NCBI GenBank assembly: GCA_963643305.1
Contig: CAVIKQ010000001.1
Span: 1-41,647, forward strand
Source of the DNA: Eggerthellaceae bacterium
GTDB taxonomy: Bacteria > Bacteroidota > Bacteroidia > Bacteroidales > UBA932
DNA length: 41,647 nt
Direction: 5' to 3'
Below, piece after piece: positions 18,447 through 27,445 of this stretch. Position 1 is the stretch's first letter; the number at the start of each line of letters is the position of its first letter. Position numbers and translations under genes: made by a program. The notes under the pieces were generated by a model. That model ran no database searches. It had not been told where the DNA came from and saw only the letters and a list, made by a program, of their open reading frames with translations.

Positions 18447-18483
18447 TTAGCCAAATCGCATAAAATTTTGGCGATTTGGCTAA
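18447..18483. promoter_or_regulatory. Perfect 13-bp inverted repeat (operator-like) upstream of the ATPase promoter
   Basis: TTAGCCAAATCGC-N11-GCGATTTGGCTAA. No flanking T-tract on either strand, so it is not an obvious terminator. Confidence 0.5.
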
Positions 18484-18562
18484 TTATAAGTGATTTTTAA
18501 ACCTAAAATTGGTCTTCCCTTGACCTTCACTAAAAAAGGTTTGACCTTCCCTGTCCACCAAA

Positions 18563-18586
18563 GCCAATGCCAAAGCCAATGCCAAA
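18563..18586. repeat. Right arm of the 24-bp imperfect inverted repeat
   Basis: GCCAATGCCAAAGCCAATGCCAAA is the reverse complement of TTTGGCATTGGCTTTGGCATTGGC. It lies about 45 bp upstream of the dnaE -7 box. Confidence 0.8.
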
Positions 18587-18631
18587 GCGGATAAAGCGCA
18601 CTATAAACTTTAAAACATACGGGAATTATTG

Positions 18632-18639
18632 TATTTTTG
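18632..18639 (+). promoter_or_regulatory. -7 promoter box (TATTTTTG) for dnaE
   Basis: Exact TAnnTTTG match 26 nt upstream of the ATG at 18665, and inside the ORF-track N-terminal extension. Confidence 0.45.
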
Positions 18640-18664
18640 TAGAGGACACAAAAACTTTACATCT

Positions 18665-21600
18665 ATGCAATTTGCTCATCTGCACGTACATACATATTAT
18701 TCTATATTGGATGGCGCATCCTCTATAAAATCACATTTTAAAAAAGTGCAGGCTAATGGTCAGCCCGCACTTGCCATTACAGATCATGGTAATATGTTTG
18801 GGGTTAAGGAGTTCTTTAAGGTTGCAAAAGAATTTCCCGATATTAAACCCATAGTAGGCTGTGAAGTGTATGTTAATCCGGAGGGGCGTTTTTCAAAAAG
18901 AGGAAAAGAGGATCAAAGTGCAAACCACCTTATCCTTTTGGCCAAAAACTTAGAGGGCTATTACAACCTTGTAAAGATAGTATCCACAGGCTGGACAGAG
19001 GGGTTCTACTACAAACCCAAGATAGACCACGAGATATTGGAAAAATATCACAACAACATCATCTGTTCATCTGCCTGTTTAGGCGGCGAGATACCCCAAT
19101 TCATTAAAGAGGGGAATATAGAGGCGGCCTACAACACTGCAAAATGGTACAAGAACCTTTTTGGAGAGGACTATTACCTTGAGGTCATGCTCCATAAAAC
19201 AGAGCTGCCCGGTTATAACGAAGAGGCATATCCGCAGCAGCAAAAGGTTAACGCAGAGATATTTAAAATGTCTAAAGAGTTAGGCATTAAAGTAATAGCA
19301 ACAAATGACGTTCACTTTACCAACAAAGAGGACGGCCCTGCACACGACCGTCTAATCTGCCTCACCACCAACGTAAACTTTGATGCTCCAAAACGGTTGA
19401 AATATACCCAGCAGGAGTATATGAAGACAACAGAGGAGATGCAGGCTCTTTTTCCAGATCATTTAGAGGCGTTGGAGAACACAATGGAGATTGTAGAGAA
19501 GGTAGAACGCTACACAATAGACAAAGGGCACGTTCTGCCCCTTTTCCCAATACCCAAAAAATACACAGACTCAAACGATTATCTGCATGATTTGGTTTAT
19601 GAGGGGGCAGAGAGGCGCTACAAGACAATAGACAACGCAACGCAAGAAAGGATAGATTTTGAGTTGGCTACAATAAAGAAGATGGGATTTCCCGATTACT
19701 TCCTTATAGTACAAGACTTTATAAAGGCGGCACGAGAAATGGGGGTATGGGTAGGCCCCGGCAGAGGTTCGGCAGCAGGTTCGGTAGTAGCCTATTGCTT
19801 GGGTATTACCAATTTAGACCCAATCAAATATGATTTGCTGTTTGAGCGTTTCCTTAATCCCGACAGAATCTCCATGCCCGATATAGACATAGACTTTGAC
19901 GACGAAGGGCGCGGAACAGTACTCAAATATGTAGAGGAGAAATACGGCAAAGATCATGTATCTCACGTTGTTACCTTTGGAACAATGGCAACCAAAAGCG
20001 CCATAAAAGATATAGCCAGAATACAGAACGTACCGTTGGCAGAAAGCGACAGGCTAACAAAACTTATCCCTGATTCATTCCCACCAGACAAGGTTGAGAA
20101 GAAAGATGAGAACGGCAATGTAGTAGGCACAGAGGAGAAAAAGGTAAAAGTTACAGTAGAAAACTGCATTAAGTTAATACCGGAGATGCATCAGGCATAC
20201 GAATCCTCTCCCATACCGGGAGTTCACGAGACCTTGGAGTATGCAGAAAAGTTAGAGGGAACGGTAAGAAACACAGGAGTTCATGCCTGCGCCATTATAA
20301 TAGGCAGAGACAACCTAACCAAGCATATCCCAATCTGCATAGCAAAAGACAAGGAGACAGGGGAGGATATGTGGGTTTCCCAATACGAGGGGAGCTTTAT
20401 AGAGGATGTAGGGATGCTAAAGATGGATTTTCTTGGGTTAAGAACCCTCTCCATTCTAAAGGAAGCCGTAAGCAACGTAAAGAAACACAGAGGCATAGAT
20501 ATAGACATAGAGGCAATCCCAATAGACGACAAAGCAACCTTTGACCTCTTTAGCCGTGGAGATACAGTGGCCGTGTTCCAGTTTGAAAGCCCCGGCATGC
20601 AGAAATGGCTAAGGGAGCTGCAGCCAAACAGATTTGAGGATCTCATAGCCATGAACGCCCTCTACCGCCCCGGCCCAATGGACTATATCCCAGATTTTGT
20701 AGCCCGTAAAAAGGGGGAGCAGAAGATAGAATATGACCTTCCCGATATGGAGAGCATCCTCTCCAACACATACGGAGTAACAGTATATCAGGAGCAGGTG
20801 ATGCTGCTATCCCAAAAACTCGCAAACTTTACCAAAGGGCAGGCAGACGGATTGAGAAAAGCTATGGGTAAAAAGCTCATAGACAAAATGATGGAACTTA
20901 GAGCCAAGTTCTTTGAGGGAGGAGTGGCAAACGGGCATCCCAAGGAGATATTGGAGAAGATATGGAAAGACTGGACAGCATTTGCGCAATACGCATTCAA
21001 CAAATCCCATGCAACCTGTTACGCATGGGTGGCGTATCAGACAGGCTACATGAAGGCCAACTATCCGGCCGAGTTCATGGCAGCCAACCTCAGCAGGAAC
21101 CTCAACAATATGGATGAGATAACCAAGCTGATGGATGAGTGCAGAAGGATGGGTATAGCAGTACTTGGTCCCGATGTAAATGAATCTGACCTGCGATTTA
21201 CAGTTAACAGAAAGGGGGAGATACGTTTTGGTATGGCGGGAGTAAAAGGGGTAGGGTCTAACGTAGTGGACAGTATTGTTAAAGGACGGGAGAACGTCCC
21301 TTACAAAGATATATTCGACTTTATAGAGAGGGCAGCCGGTGCCGGCACAATAAACAGAAAGACAGTTGAATCGCTTGTGTATGCCGGAGCCTTTGATTCA
21401 TTCGAGGGAATCAACAGAGACCAGTTCTTTAAGCTCAACAACAAGGAGGAGCAGTTCATAGACGCCCTTTGCAGGTATGGAGTAAAAGTGCAGACAGATG
21501 CAGTGAATATGGGCAACTCCCTCTTTGGAGATGTAGAGGAGTTTAAACCTGTCCCTCCGGAAATTCCTGTTCCCGGAGAATACAACAAGTTAGAGTTCCT

Positions 21601-22312
21601 TAAAAAGGAGAAAGAGCTTGTTGGAATGTATCTGTCTGCCCATCCGTTAGATATGTTTAAGTTTGAACTTGACAACTTTACAACAGCCTCTCTTACAGAG
21701 GCCGAACAGATGACAAAGGATGCCTCGGTAAATACAGAGCTTCAGAATAAAGACCTTCTGTTAGGGGGTCTTATTACAGGGGTATCAAAAAAGTTCTCAC
21801 AGAAGAACGGAAAGCCGTGGGCCGATTTTACTATAGAGGATTTTAACGGGAGTGTGAATTTCAGGCTGTTCGGCAAAGATTATGAGACATTTATGCCGTT
21901 TTTGGAGGATGGTAATGCCGTCTTCATGAAATGCAGGATTACTCCAAAATATTTTGCCAAAAAGGATGACGAAACCAAAAAGGGAGAGGAGGAGAAACCG
22001 CAGCAGCTTGATTGCGAGCTGAAAATAAAGAGGATGGTGCTTTTGGCAAACACCAAAGATGACTTCATTAAATCCTTTACCATAAACATTCCGGTTCATA
22101 AACTTACAGAGGAGTTTAGAAAGGGGTTTGTAAAGGAGCTAAAAAGAAACAAGGGACATAAAATGCTGTCCCTTAAAATAGTAGATTACGAAAAACAGCT
22201 TACGGCAGACTTCTTCTCGCGCAAACTCAAGGTAGATGTAAACAACAATCTGTTAGACTACCTGGACCACAACAACTTAGAGTACTCAGTAGAAAAAGAG
22301 GTAAGCCTGTAG
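18665..22312 (+). CDS. dnaE: DNA polymerase III alpha subunit
   Basis: Starts MQFAHLHVHTYYSILDGA (PHP domain). Contains the polymerase core (PDIDIDF, GLLKMDFLGLRTL), an HhH region and an OB fold. About 1215 aa from the ATG at 18665. Confidence 0.95.
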   Translation: MQFAHLHVHTYYSILDGASSIKSHFKKVQANGQPALAITDHGNMFGVKEFFKVAKEFPDIKPIVGCEVYVNPEGRFSKRGKEDQSANHLILLAKNLEGYYNLVKIVSTGWTEGFYYKPKIDHEILEKYHNNIICSSACLGGEIPQFIKEGNIEAAYNTAKWYKNLFGEDYYLEVMLHKTELPGYNEEAYPQQQKVNAEIFKMSKELGIKVIATNDVHFTNKEDGPAHDRLICLTTNVNFDAPKRLKYTQQEYMKTTEEMQALFPDHLEALENTMEIVEKVERYTIDKGHVLPLFPIPKKYTDSNDYLHDLVYEGAERRYKTIDNATQERIDFELATIKKMGFPDYFLIVQDFIKAAREMGVWVGPGRGSAAGSVVAYCLGITNLDPIKYDLLFERFLNPDRISMPDIDIDFDDEGRGTVLKYVEEKYGKDHVSHVVTFGTMATKSAIKDIARIQNVPLAESDRLTKLIPDSFPPDKVEKKDENGNVVGTEEKKVKVTVENCIKLIPEMHQAYESSPIPGVHETLEYAEKLEGTVRNTGVHACAIIIGRDNLTKHIPICIAKDKETGEDMWVSQYEGSFIEDVGMLKMDFLGLRTLSILKEAVSNVKKHRGIDIDIEAIPIDDKATFDLFSRGDTVAVFQFESPGMQKWLRELQPNRFEDLIAMNALYRPGPMDYIPDFVARKKGEQKIEYDLPDMESILSNTYGVTVYQEQVMLLSQKLANFTKGQADGLRKAMGKKLIDKMMELRAKFFEGGVANGHPKEILEKIWKDWTAFAQYAFNKSHATCYAWVAYQTGYMKANYPAEFMAANLSRNLNNMDEITKLMDECRRMGIAVLGPDVNESDLRFTVNRKGEIRFGMAGVKGVGSNVVDSIVKGRENVPYKDIFDFIERAAGAGTINRKTVESLVYAGAFDSFEGINRDQFFKLNNKEEQFIDALCRYGVKVQTDAVNMGNSLFGDVEEFKPVPPEIPVPGEYNKLEFLKKEKELVGMYLSAHPLDMFKFELDNFTTASLTEAEQMTKDASVNTELQNKDLLLGGLITGVSKKFSQKNGKPWADFTIEDFNGSVNFRLFGKDYETFMPFLEDGNAVFMKCRITPKYFAKKDDETKKGEEEKPQQLDCELKIKRMVLLANTKDDFIKSFTINIPVHKLTEEFRKGFVKELKRNKGHKMLSLKIVDYEKQLTADFFSRKLKVDVNNNLLDYLDHNNLEYSVEKEVSL

Positions 22313-22315
22313 CCC

Positions 22316-23365
22316 CTACCACCCTTGGGCGCGGAGTTCGAGGGTAGTCCCCTCCGGGGTAACAAGGTATTCACCGGCATCGCTTGCGGTAAAATGACCT
22401 ATTATATCTACGTTGGGAAACTCCTTGTGGAACCTCTCATGCTCGCTTAGCGGAACAACAAACAGAAACTTGTAGTCATCGCCCCCGTTAAGCGCAGCCG
22501 TTGTGGCATCTACCCCAATCTCCTTGGCAAAATCAAAAGTCTGCATTGCAATAGGAATCTTCTCCAAATATACCCTTGCCCCAAATCCATATTTTTGGCA
22601 CAGCTCCTTAACAGCTGCGGCAAGTCCTTTGGTAATGAATATCCCCCCTGCCGGCCACAAAGAGACCTCCCTGAATTGCTCTAATGTCTTTGGATTAATA
22701 TCGGGACTAAGATATTGAGAAAGAATATATTTGTATCTGCTTAAATCGGGCTGGCTGTATTCCGCAATCCTCTCCGCAGGAATCTTGTTGAATGCAATCT
22801 TTTCTCTTTCGAGCACATGCAACCCCATATAGGCTGCCCCCACATTGCCTGTAAGACACAAAAGAGAGCTGCTGCATGGAGTAGGGAGAGAGTTAACAAT
22901 ATCGGCATCCTGCTCCCCAATGGCAGACATACAGATAGAGAGGCCGTTAATAGAGGCGGTAAGCTCTAACGAGAGATTCCTTATCTTGTGCTCTTTTGCC
23001 GCAGCAAGCATCCCTGTCCAGAGTTCCACAATATTTTCCGCTACAAACCTGTTAGACAACGCAAGGGTTACAGACAAACCCACGGGGACGTAACAGGAGG
23101 CATACAGATTGCCTATTGCAAGGAGCACCGCCTTATACCCCAAATGTTTAAGAGGAGTATAGACCAAGTCAAAATCTATCCCCTCTAACATAATAGCCTG
23201 TGTTGTAAGATAGCACTTGGTACTGTCTGAATAGTTGAATGTTGGGGAATTGGTATAACCTGTATCTTTAAACAGCCGGTTAAGAAGATTTATTTTCCCT
23301 ATGCTCTCTATCTTTGTCCGTTTCTGATTGTCTTTATTGCCATTGTTGCTATTTGCAGCCTCCAT
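22316..23365 (-). CDS. AIR-synthase-family protein, thiamine-monophosphate kinase (ThiL)-like
   Basis: 349 aa with the PurM-like N- and C-domain pattern (GIDFDLVYTPLKHLGYKAVLLAIGNLYA; GGDDYKFLFVVP). The N-terminal metal-binding motif is atypical, so the ThiL assignment is tentative. Confidence 0.65.
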   Translation of the reverse strand: MEAANSNNGNKDNQKRTKIESIGKINLLNRLFKDTGYTNSPTFNYSDSTKCYLTTQAIMLEGIDFDLVYTPLKHLGYKAVLLAIGNLYASCYVPVGLSVTLALSNRFVAENIVELWTGMLAAAKEHKIRNLSLELTASINGLSICMSAIGEQDADIVNSLPTPCSSSLLCLTGNVGAAYMGLHVLEREKIAFNKIPAERIAEYSQPDLSRYKYILSQYLSPDINPKTLEQFREVSLWPAGGIFITKGLAAAVKELCQKYGFGARVYLEKIPIAMQTFDFAKEIGVDATTAALNGGDDYKFLFVVPLSEHERFHKEFPNVDIIGHFTASDAGEYLVTPEGTTLELRAQGW

Positions 23366-23380
23366 ATCATAAAATTTTTA

Positions 23381-23388
23381 CAAAAATA
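23381..23388 (-). promoter_or_regulatory. -7 promoter box (TATTTTTG on the minus strand) for the thiL-like gene
   Basis: The plus strand reads CAAAAATA, 16 nt upstream of the Met codon at 23365. Confidence 0.4.
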
Positions 23389-23389
23389 T

Positions 23390-23397
23390 TAACTTTG
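23390..23397 (+). promoter_or_regulatory. -7 promoter box (TAACTTTG) for sufB
   Basis: Exact TAnnTTTG match ending 7 nt before the ATG at 23405. Confidence 0.4.
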
Positions 23398-23404
23398 CGT
23401 CACT

Positions 23405-24841
23405 ATGAGCAAAAATAATAATTTAATTGAAGATATTGCCAATGCCGAGTATGAACATGGTTTTGAAACCAATGTATATCAGGAGTTTATACCAAAGGGG
23501 CTTAACGAGGATATTGTTCGTCTCATATCGGCAAAGAAGGGCGAACCGGAATGGTTGTTAGAGTTCAGGCTCAAAGCATACAGGAAGTGGGTAACAATGA
23601 CCATGCCCACTTGGGCACATCTGAATATACCCAATATTGATTATCAAGACATTATATATTATGCAGCACCTGCGGCAAAGAAGGAGGGTAAAGAGATAGA
23701 CCCGGAATTGGAGGCAACCTTTGACAAACTTGGCATTCCTCTCCATGAACGAAACGTACTTGGGGGAGTGGCGGTAGACGCAGTGTTCGACAGCGTATCT
23801 GTAAAGACCACATTCAGAGAGACTTTAGCAGAAAAGGGGGTTATATTCTGCTCATTCTCAGAGGCGGTTAGAGATTACCCGGATCTTGTTAGAAAATATT
23901 TGGGGAGCGTTGTGCCATACAACGATAACTTCTTCTCCGCACTCAACTCCGCTGTCTTTTCAGACGGGTCGTTCTGCTATATTCCAAAAGGGACAAGATG
24001 CCCAATGGAGCTGTCCTCATACTTTAGGATAAACGCAAAAGGGACAGGACAGTTTGAGAGAACCCTCATTGTTGCAGACGAGGGGTCTTATGTAAGCTAC
24101 CTTGAGGGGTGTACCGCTCCTCAAAGAGATGAGAACCAGCTGCATGCCGCTGTGGTTGAGATTGTGGTGCTGAGAGATGCAGAGGTCAAGTATTCAACCG
24201 TTCAGAACTGGTATCCGGGAGACAAACAGGGCAGAGGGGGTATCTATAACTTTGTTACAAAGCGCGGTATCTGCAAGGGGGAGAACAGCCGTCTTTTCTG
24301 GGCGCAGGTTGAGACAGGCTCTGCAATTACATGGAAATACCCAAGTACAATACTAAAGGGAGACAACTCGGTTTCAGAGTTCTACTCTGTGGCCGTTACC
24401 AACAACTACCAGCAGGCAGACACAGGTACAAAGATGATACATCTTGGCAAGAACACACGCAGCCGCATTGTTAGCAAAGGTATCTCTGCCGGATATAGCC
24501 AGAACAGCTACAGAGGCTTGGTTAAGGTATCGCCAAATGCAGAGAATGCAAGAAACTACTCCCAGTGCGACAGCCTGTTGCTTGGAGACAAATGCGGAGC
24601 TCACACCTTTCCATACATAGAGTCCGACAACCCAAGCGCGGTGGTTGAGCATGAGGCCACAACCTCAAAGATAGGGGAGGATCAGCTGTTCTACTGCCGC
24701 CAGAGAGGTATTACGGCAGAGGATGCTGTGGGGCTTATTGTTAACGGATATGCAAAAGAGGTCCTTAACAAACTGCCAATGGAGTTTGCGGTTGAGGCGC
24801 AGAAGCTCCTACAGGTAACGCTCGAAGGCTCTATTGGTTAG
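23405..24841 (+). CDS. sufB: Fe-S cluster assembly protein SufB
   Basis: 478 aa. The N-terminus ([10 protein letters not shown]...[28 protein letters not shown]) and the C-terminal beta-helix region are typical of SufB. Confidence 0.95.
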   Translation: MSKNNNLIEDIANAEYEHGFETNVYQEFIPKGLNEDIVRLISAKKGEPEWLLEFRLKAYRKWVTMTMPTWAHLNIPNIDYQDIIYYAAPAAKKEGKEIDPELEATFDKLGIPLHERNVLGGVAVDAVFDSVSVKTTFRETLAEKGVIFCSFSEAVRDYPDLVRKYLGSVVPYNDNFFSALNSAVFSDGSFCYIPKGTRCPMELSSYFRINAKGTGQFERTLIVADEGSYVSYLEGCTAPQRDENQLHAAVVEIVVLRDAEVKYSTVQNWYPGDKQGRGGIYNFVTKRGICKGENSRLFWAQVETGSAITWKYPSTILKGDNSVSEFYSVAVTNNYQQADTGTKMIHLGKNTRSRIVSKGISAGYSQNSYRGLVKVSPNAENARNYSQCDSLLLGDKCGAHTFPYIESDNPSAVVEHEATTSKIGEDQLFYCRQRGITAEDAVGLIVNGYAKEVLNKLPMEFAVEAQKLLQVTLEGSIG

Positions 24842-24889
24842 CCTTTGCTTCCCGATAAATTTGGCACAGGAAAATTACAGGTTTAGAAA

Positions 24890-25543
24890 ATGTTCAGTAT
24901 AGAGAATATATTTTTCAGCATAGCAGGGCAGGGGGTCAGCTACCTCGAATTTTTTGGAGTGGTTGCCGGCCTGGGCTGTGTCTTTTTGGCAACAAGAGGC
25001 AGGGTACTTAACTTCTGGGTAGGGTACCTGTACAACATTCTGCTGTTTCTCATGTTTTTACAGAAACACCTCTATTCCAGTATGCTGCTGCAGCCGGTCT
25101 CCTTTATAATAAACCTTTTTGGGCACTGGCGGTGGACACATCCCAAAAAAGAGGAGGAGAACAGCCGTAAATTGTTAAAGGTAACACTCCTTACAAACAG
25201 GCAGAGGGTAATCTACCTGCTTGCCATAGCTGTTTTTACGTTGGCATGGGGATTCTTTTTAAGTAAACTTAACCTGTTGTGGCCAAACACGTTCCCAATG
25301 GCCAGAACACCCTATTTAGATGCAATGGTTACAGGATTCATCCTGTTGGCGCAGCTCCTTTCCGCACAGAAGAAATTAGATTGCTGGGGGGCATGGCTCA
25401 TAGTAAACACAACCAATATCATACTGTATGTTAAGGCAGGATTGGCATTCTTGCCGTTTGTATGCGCCGGATATATAGTATTGGCCTTTATGGGGTTCTT
25501 TATCTGGCGCAAAGAGTATTTAGAAACTGTTAGAGAAAAATAA
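24890..25543 (+). CDS. pnuC: PnuC-family transporter (nicotinamide riboside or related vitamin)
   Basis: 217 aa with 7 predicted TM segments. PnuC-like motifs: SYLEFFGVVAGLGCVFLATRGRVLNFWVGYLYN and QLLSAQKKLDCWGAWLIVNTTNIILY. Confidence 0.75.
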   Translation: MFSIENIFFSIAGQGVSYLEFFGVVAGLGCVFLATRGRVLNFWVGYLYNILLFLMFLQKHLYSSMLLQPVSFIINLFGHWRWTHPKKEEENSRKLLKVTLLTNRQRVIYLLAIAVFTLAWGFFLSKLNLLWPNTFPMARTPYLDAMVTGFILLAQLLSAQKKLDCWGAWLIVNTTNIILYVKAGLAFLPFVCAGYIVLAFMGFFIWRKEYLETVREK

Positions 25544-25553
25544 AATATTATAT

Positions 25554-26309
25554 ATGAGTTTGTTAGAGATAAGAGACTTGCACGCAAGCATAAACGGTAA
25601 AGAGATTTTGAAAGGGATAAACCTTACAATCAACAGAGGGGAGGTTCACGCAATAATGGGACCCAACGGATCGGGAAAAAGCACCCTCTCTGCGGTACTT
25701 GCCGGAAAAGAGAACTACGAGGTAACAGGAGGTTCTGTAACATTCAACGGAGAGGATCTGTTAAAGCTCTCTCCCGAGGAGAGATCATGGGCCGGCATCT
25801 TCTTGGGGTTCCAGTATCCCGTTGAGATACCGGGCGTTACCAATGTGAATTTTATGAGAGCAGCTGTAAACGAGCATAGGAAATATCATAAACTACCACC
25901 CTTAACCGCAGCAGAGTATCTTAAACTTATGAGAGAGAAGATGGCCATAGTTGATATGGACCCCGCTTTCTCATCGAGAGGGGTAAATGTAGGCTTTTCG
26001 GGTGGAGAGAAGAAGCGCAACGAGATATTCCAGATGGCTATGCTCAATCCCACCCTTGCAATATTGGATGAGACAGACAGCGGTTTGGATGTAGATGCCC
26101 TTAGGATTGTAGCCAACGGGGTAAACAAGCTAAAGACACCCAACAATGCATCTATAGTCATTACCCACTACCAGAGGCTGTTAGATTATATAGTTCCCAA
26201 CATAGTACACGTACTCTACAAAGGCCGGATAATAAAGACTGCCGGCAAAGAGCTGGCTTTGGAGGTAGAGAAACGGGGTTACGACTGGCTCATAGAGGAG
26301 GCTGTATAA
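25554..26309 (+). CDS. sufC: Fe-S cluster assembly ATPase SufC
   Basis: 251 aa ABC ATPase. Walker A GPNGSGKST, signature FSGGEKKRNEI, Walker B LAILDETDSGLD. Confidence 0.95.
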   Translation: MSLLEIRDLHASINGKEILKGINLTINRGEVHAIMGPNGSGKSTLSAVLAGKENYEVTGGSVTFNGEDLLKLSPEERSWAGIFLGFQYPVEIPGVTNVNFMRAAVNEHRKYHKLPPLTAAEYLKLMREKMAIVDMDPAFSSRGVNVGFSGGEKKRNEIFQMAMLNPTLAILDETDSGLDVDALRIVANGVNKLKTPNNASIVITHYQRLLDYIVPNIVHVLYKGRIIKTAGKELALEVEKRGYDWLIEEAV

Positions 26310-26363
26310 AAGCTATAAACTTGGTTACAAGACAGTGATTGCAGGGAAGAAAAAATAGAAAAT

Positions 26364-27380
26364 ATGGATAATAAATACAAAGATTTGGTGTTTGTTCCTA
26401 CCGATAAGCAGATTAAGGAGGATTTCAGATGCAGGGTACCGTTTGAAAATACCCTGCAAAGGTTCATTATAGATGGCATTTGCGATGGCAAAAAGGGTTT
26501 AAAGATAGAGACCCCTGCAGGTGTTGTTGAGAAGATGCTTACCCAGGTTATAGCTGTAAGGAGAGACCCCACGGCAAAGAATGTAGACTACAATGTTAAC
26601 ATTAATATAGGAAAGGGGGGAGCTGCCAAATTGCTCTATTGTGCACATACATTGTCTGAGGCACCGTTTGAGACGGCAGAAAACATTAACATTGCGGTTG
26701 GAGAGGATGCAATGTTAGATCTGATTATCATGCAGAACGAACACAATAAGGCAAGCCATTCTGCCGTGATGAGAGTAGATATGGGCAGAAGCTCGCGGTT
26801 AAGGCTGTATCTTATCTCCCTGCACGGAGGGGTTATAGAGAACAAAGTATCTGTTAACCTTAACGGCAAAGGGGGCGAGGCCTCTCTCAACGGTCTCTAT
26901 TTTGGAGATGGGGAGCAGAGGATTATAACAGAGGTGAATGTATCCCATAACATAGGGGAATGCCATAGCAGCCAGCTGTTTAAAGGGGTGTTGGAGGGGA
27001 ACTCCGTATCCCATTTCAACGGAACGGTCTATGTAGCCAAGGATGCACAAAAGACAGAGGCGTATCAGGCAAACAATAACATTTTAGCATCTGAGACCGC
27101 AAAAGCATTTACAGAGCCGCATCTGGAGATTTACGCAGACGATGTAAAATGCTCCCATGGCGCAACCGTTGGAAGATTAGATGAAAACGAGCTGTTCTAC
27201 ATGCGGTCGAGAGGGATAGAACTGAATGAAGCAATATTGTTGCAGCAACAGGCATTTGCCCAGGCCGTATTGGATAAAATATCAAACGAGCAGTTAAGGA
27301 CACGGCTCACAGACCTCGTTGAAAAACGCCTCAGAGGAGAATTCTCAAAATGCTCAAACTGCAGTACCCACTGTTGTTAA
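26364..27380 (+). CDS. sufD: Fe-S cluster assembly protein SufD (short form, Cys-rich C-terminal tail)
   Basis: 338 aa with the SufB/D beta-helix region (HLEIYADDVKCSHGATVGRLDENELFYMRSRGI). An in-frame TAA at 26316-26318 prevents any N-terminal extension. Ends in CSNCSTHCC. Confidence 0.85.
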   Translation: MDNKYKDLVFVPTDKQIKEDFRCRVPFENTLQRFIIDGICDGKKGLKIETPAGVVEKMLTQVIAVRRDPTAKNVDYNVNINIGKGGAAKLLYCAHTLSEAPFETAENINIAVGEDAMLDLIIMQNEHNKASHSAVMRVDMGRSSRLRLYLISLHGGVIENKVSVNLNGKGGEASLNGLYFGDGEQRIITEVNVSHNIGECHSSQLFKGVLEGNSVSHFNGTVYVAKDAQKTEAYQANNNILASETAKAFTEPHLEIYADDVKCSHGATVGRLDENELFYMRSRGIELNEAILLQQQAFAQAVLDKISNEQLRTRLTDLVEKRLRGEFSKCSNCSTHCC

Positions 27381-27411
27381 TATTTTGTTGAAAAATAAAA
27401 CAGGACAAATG

Positions 27412-27445
27412 ACCTGCAAGGTGCAAAAAAAAGTATCTTGCAGGT
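27412..27445. promoter_or_regulatory. 9-bp perfect inverted repeat in the nrdJ leader/promoter region
   Basis: ACCTGCAAG-N16-CTTGCAGGT, 19 nt upstream of the ATG at 27464. No T-tract follows. Confidence 0.3.
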
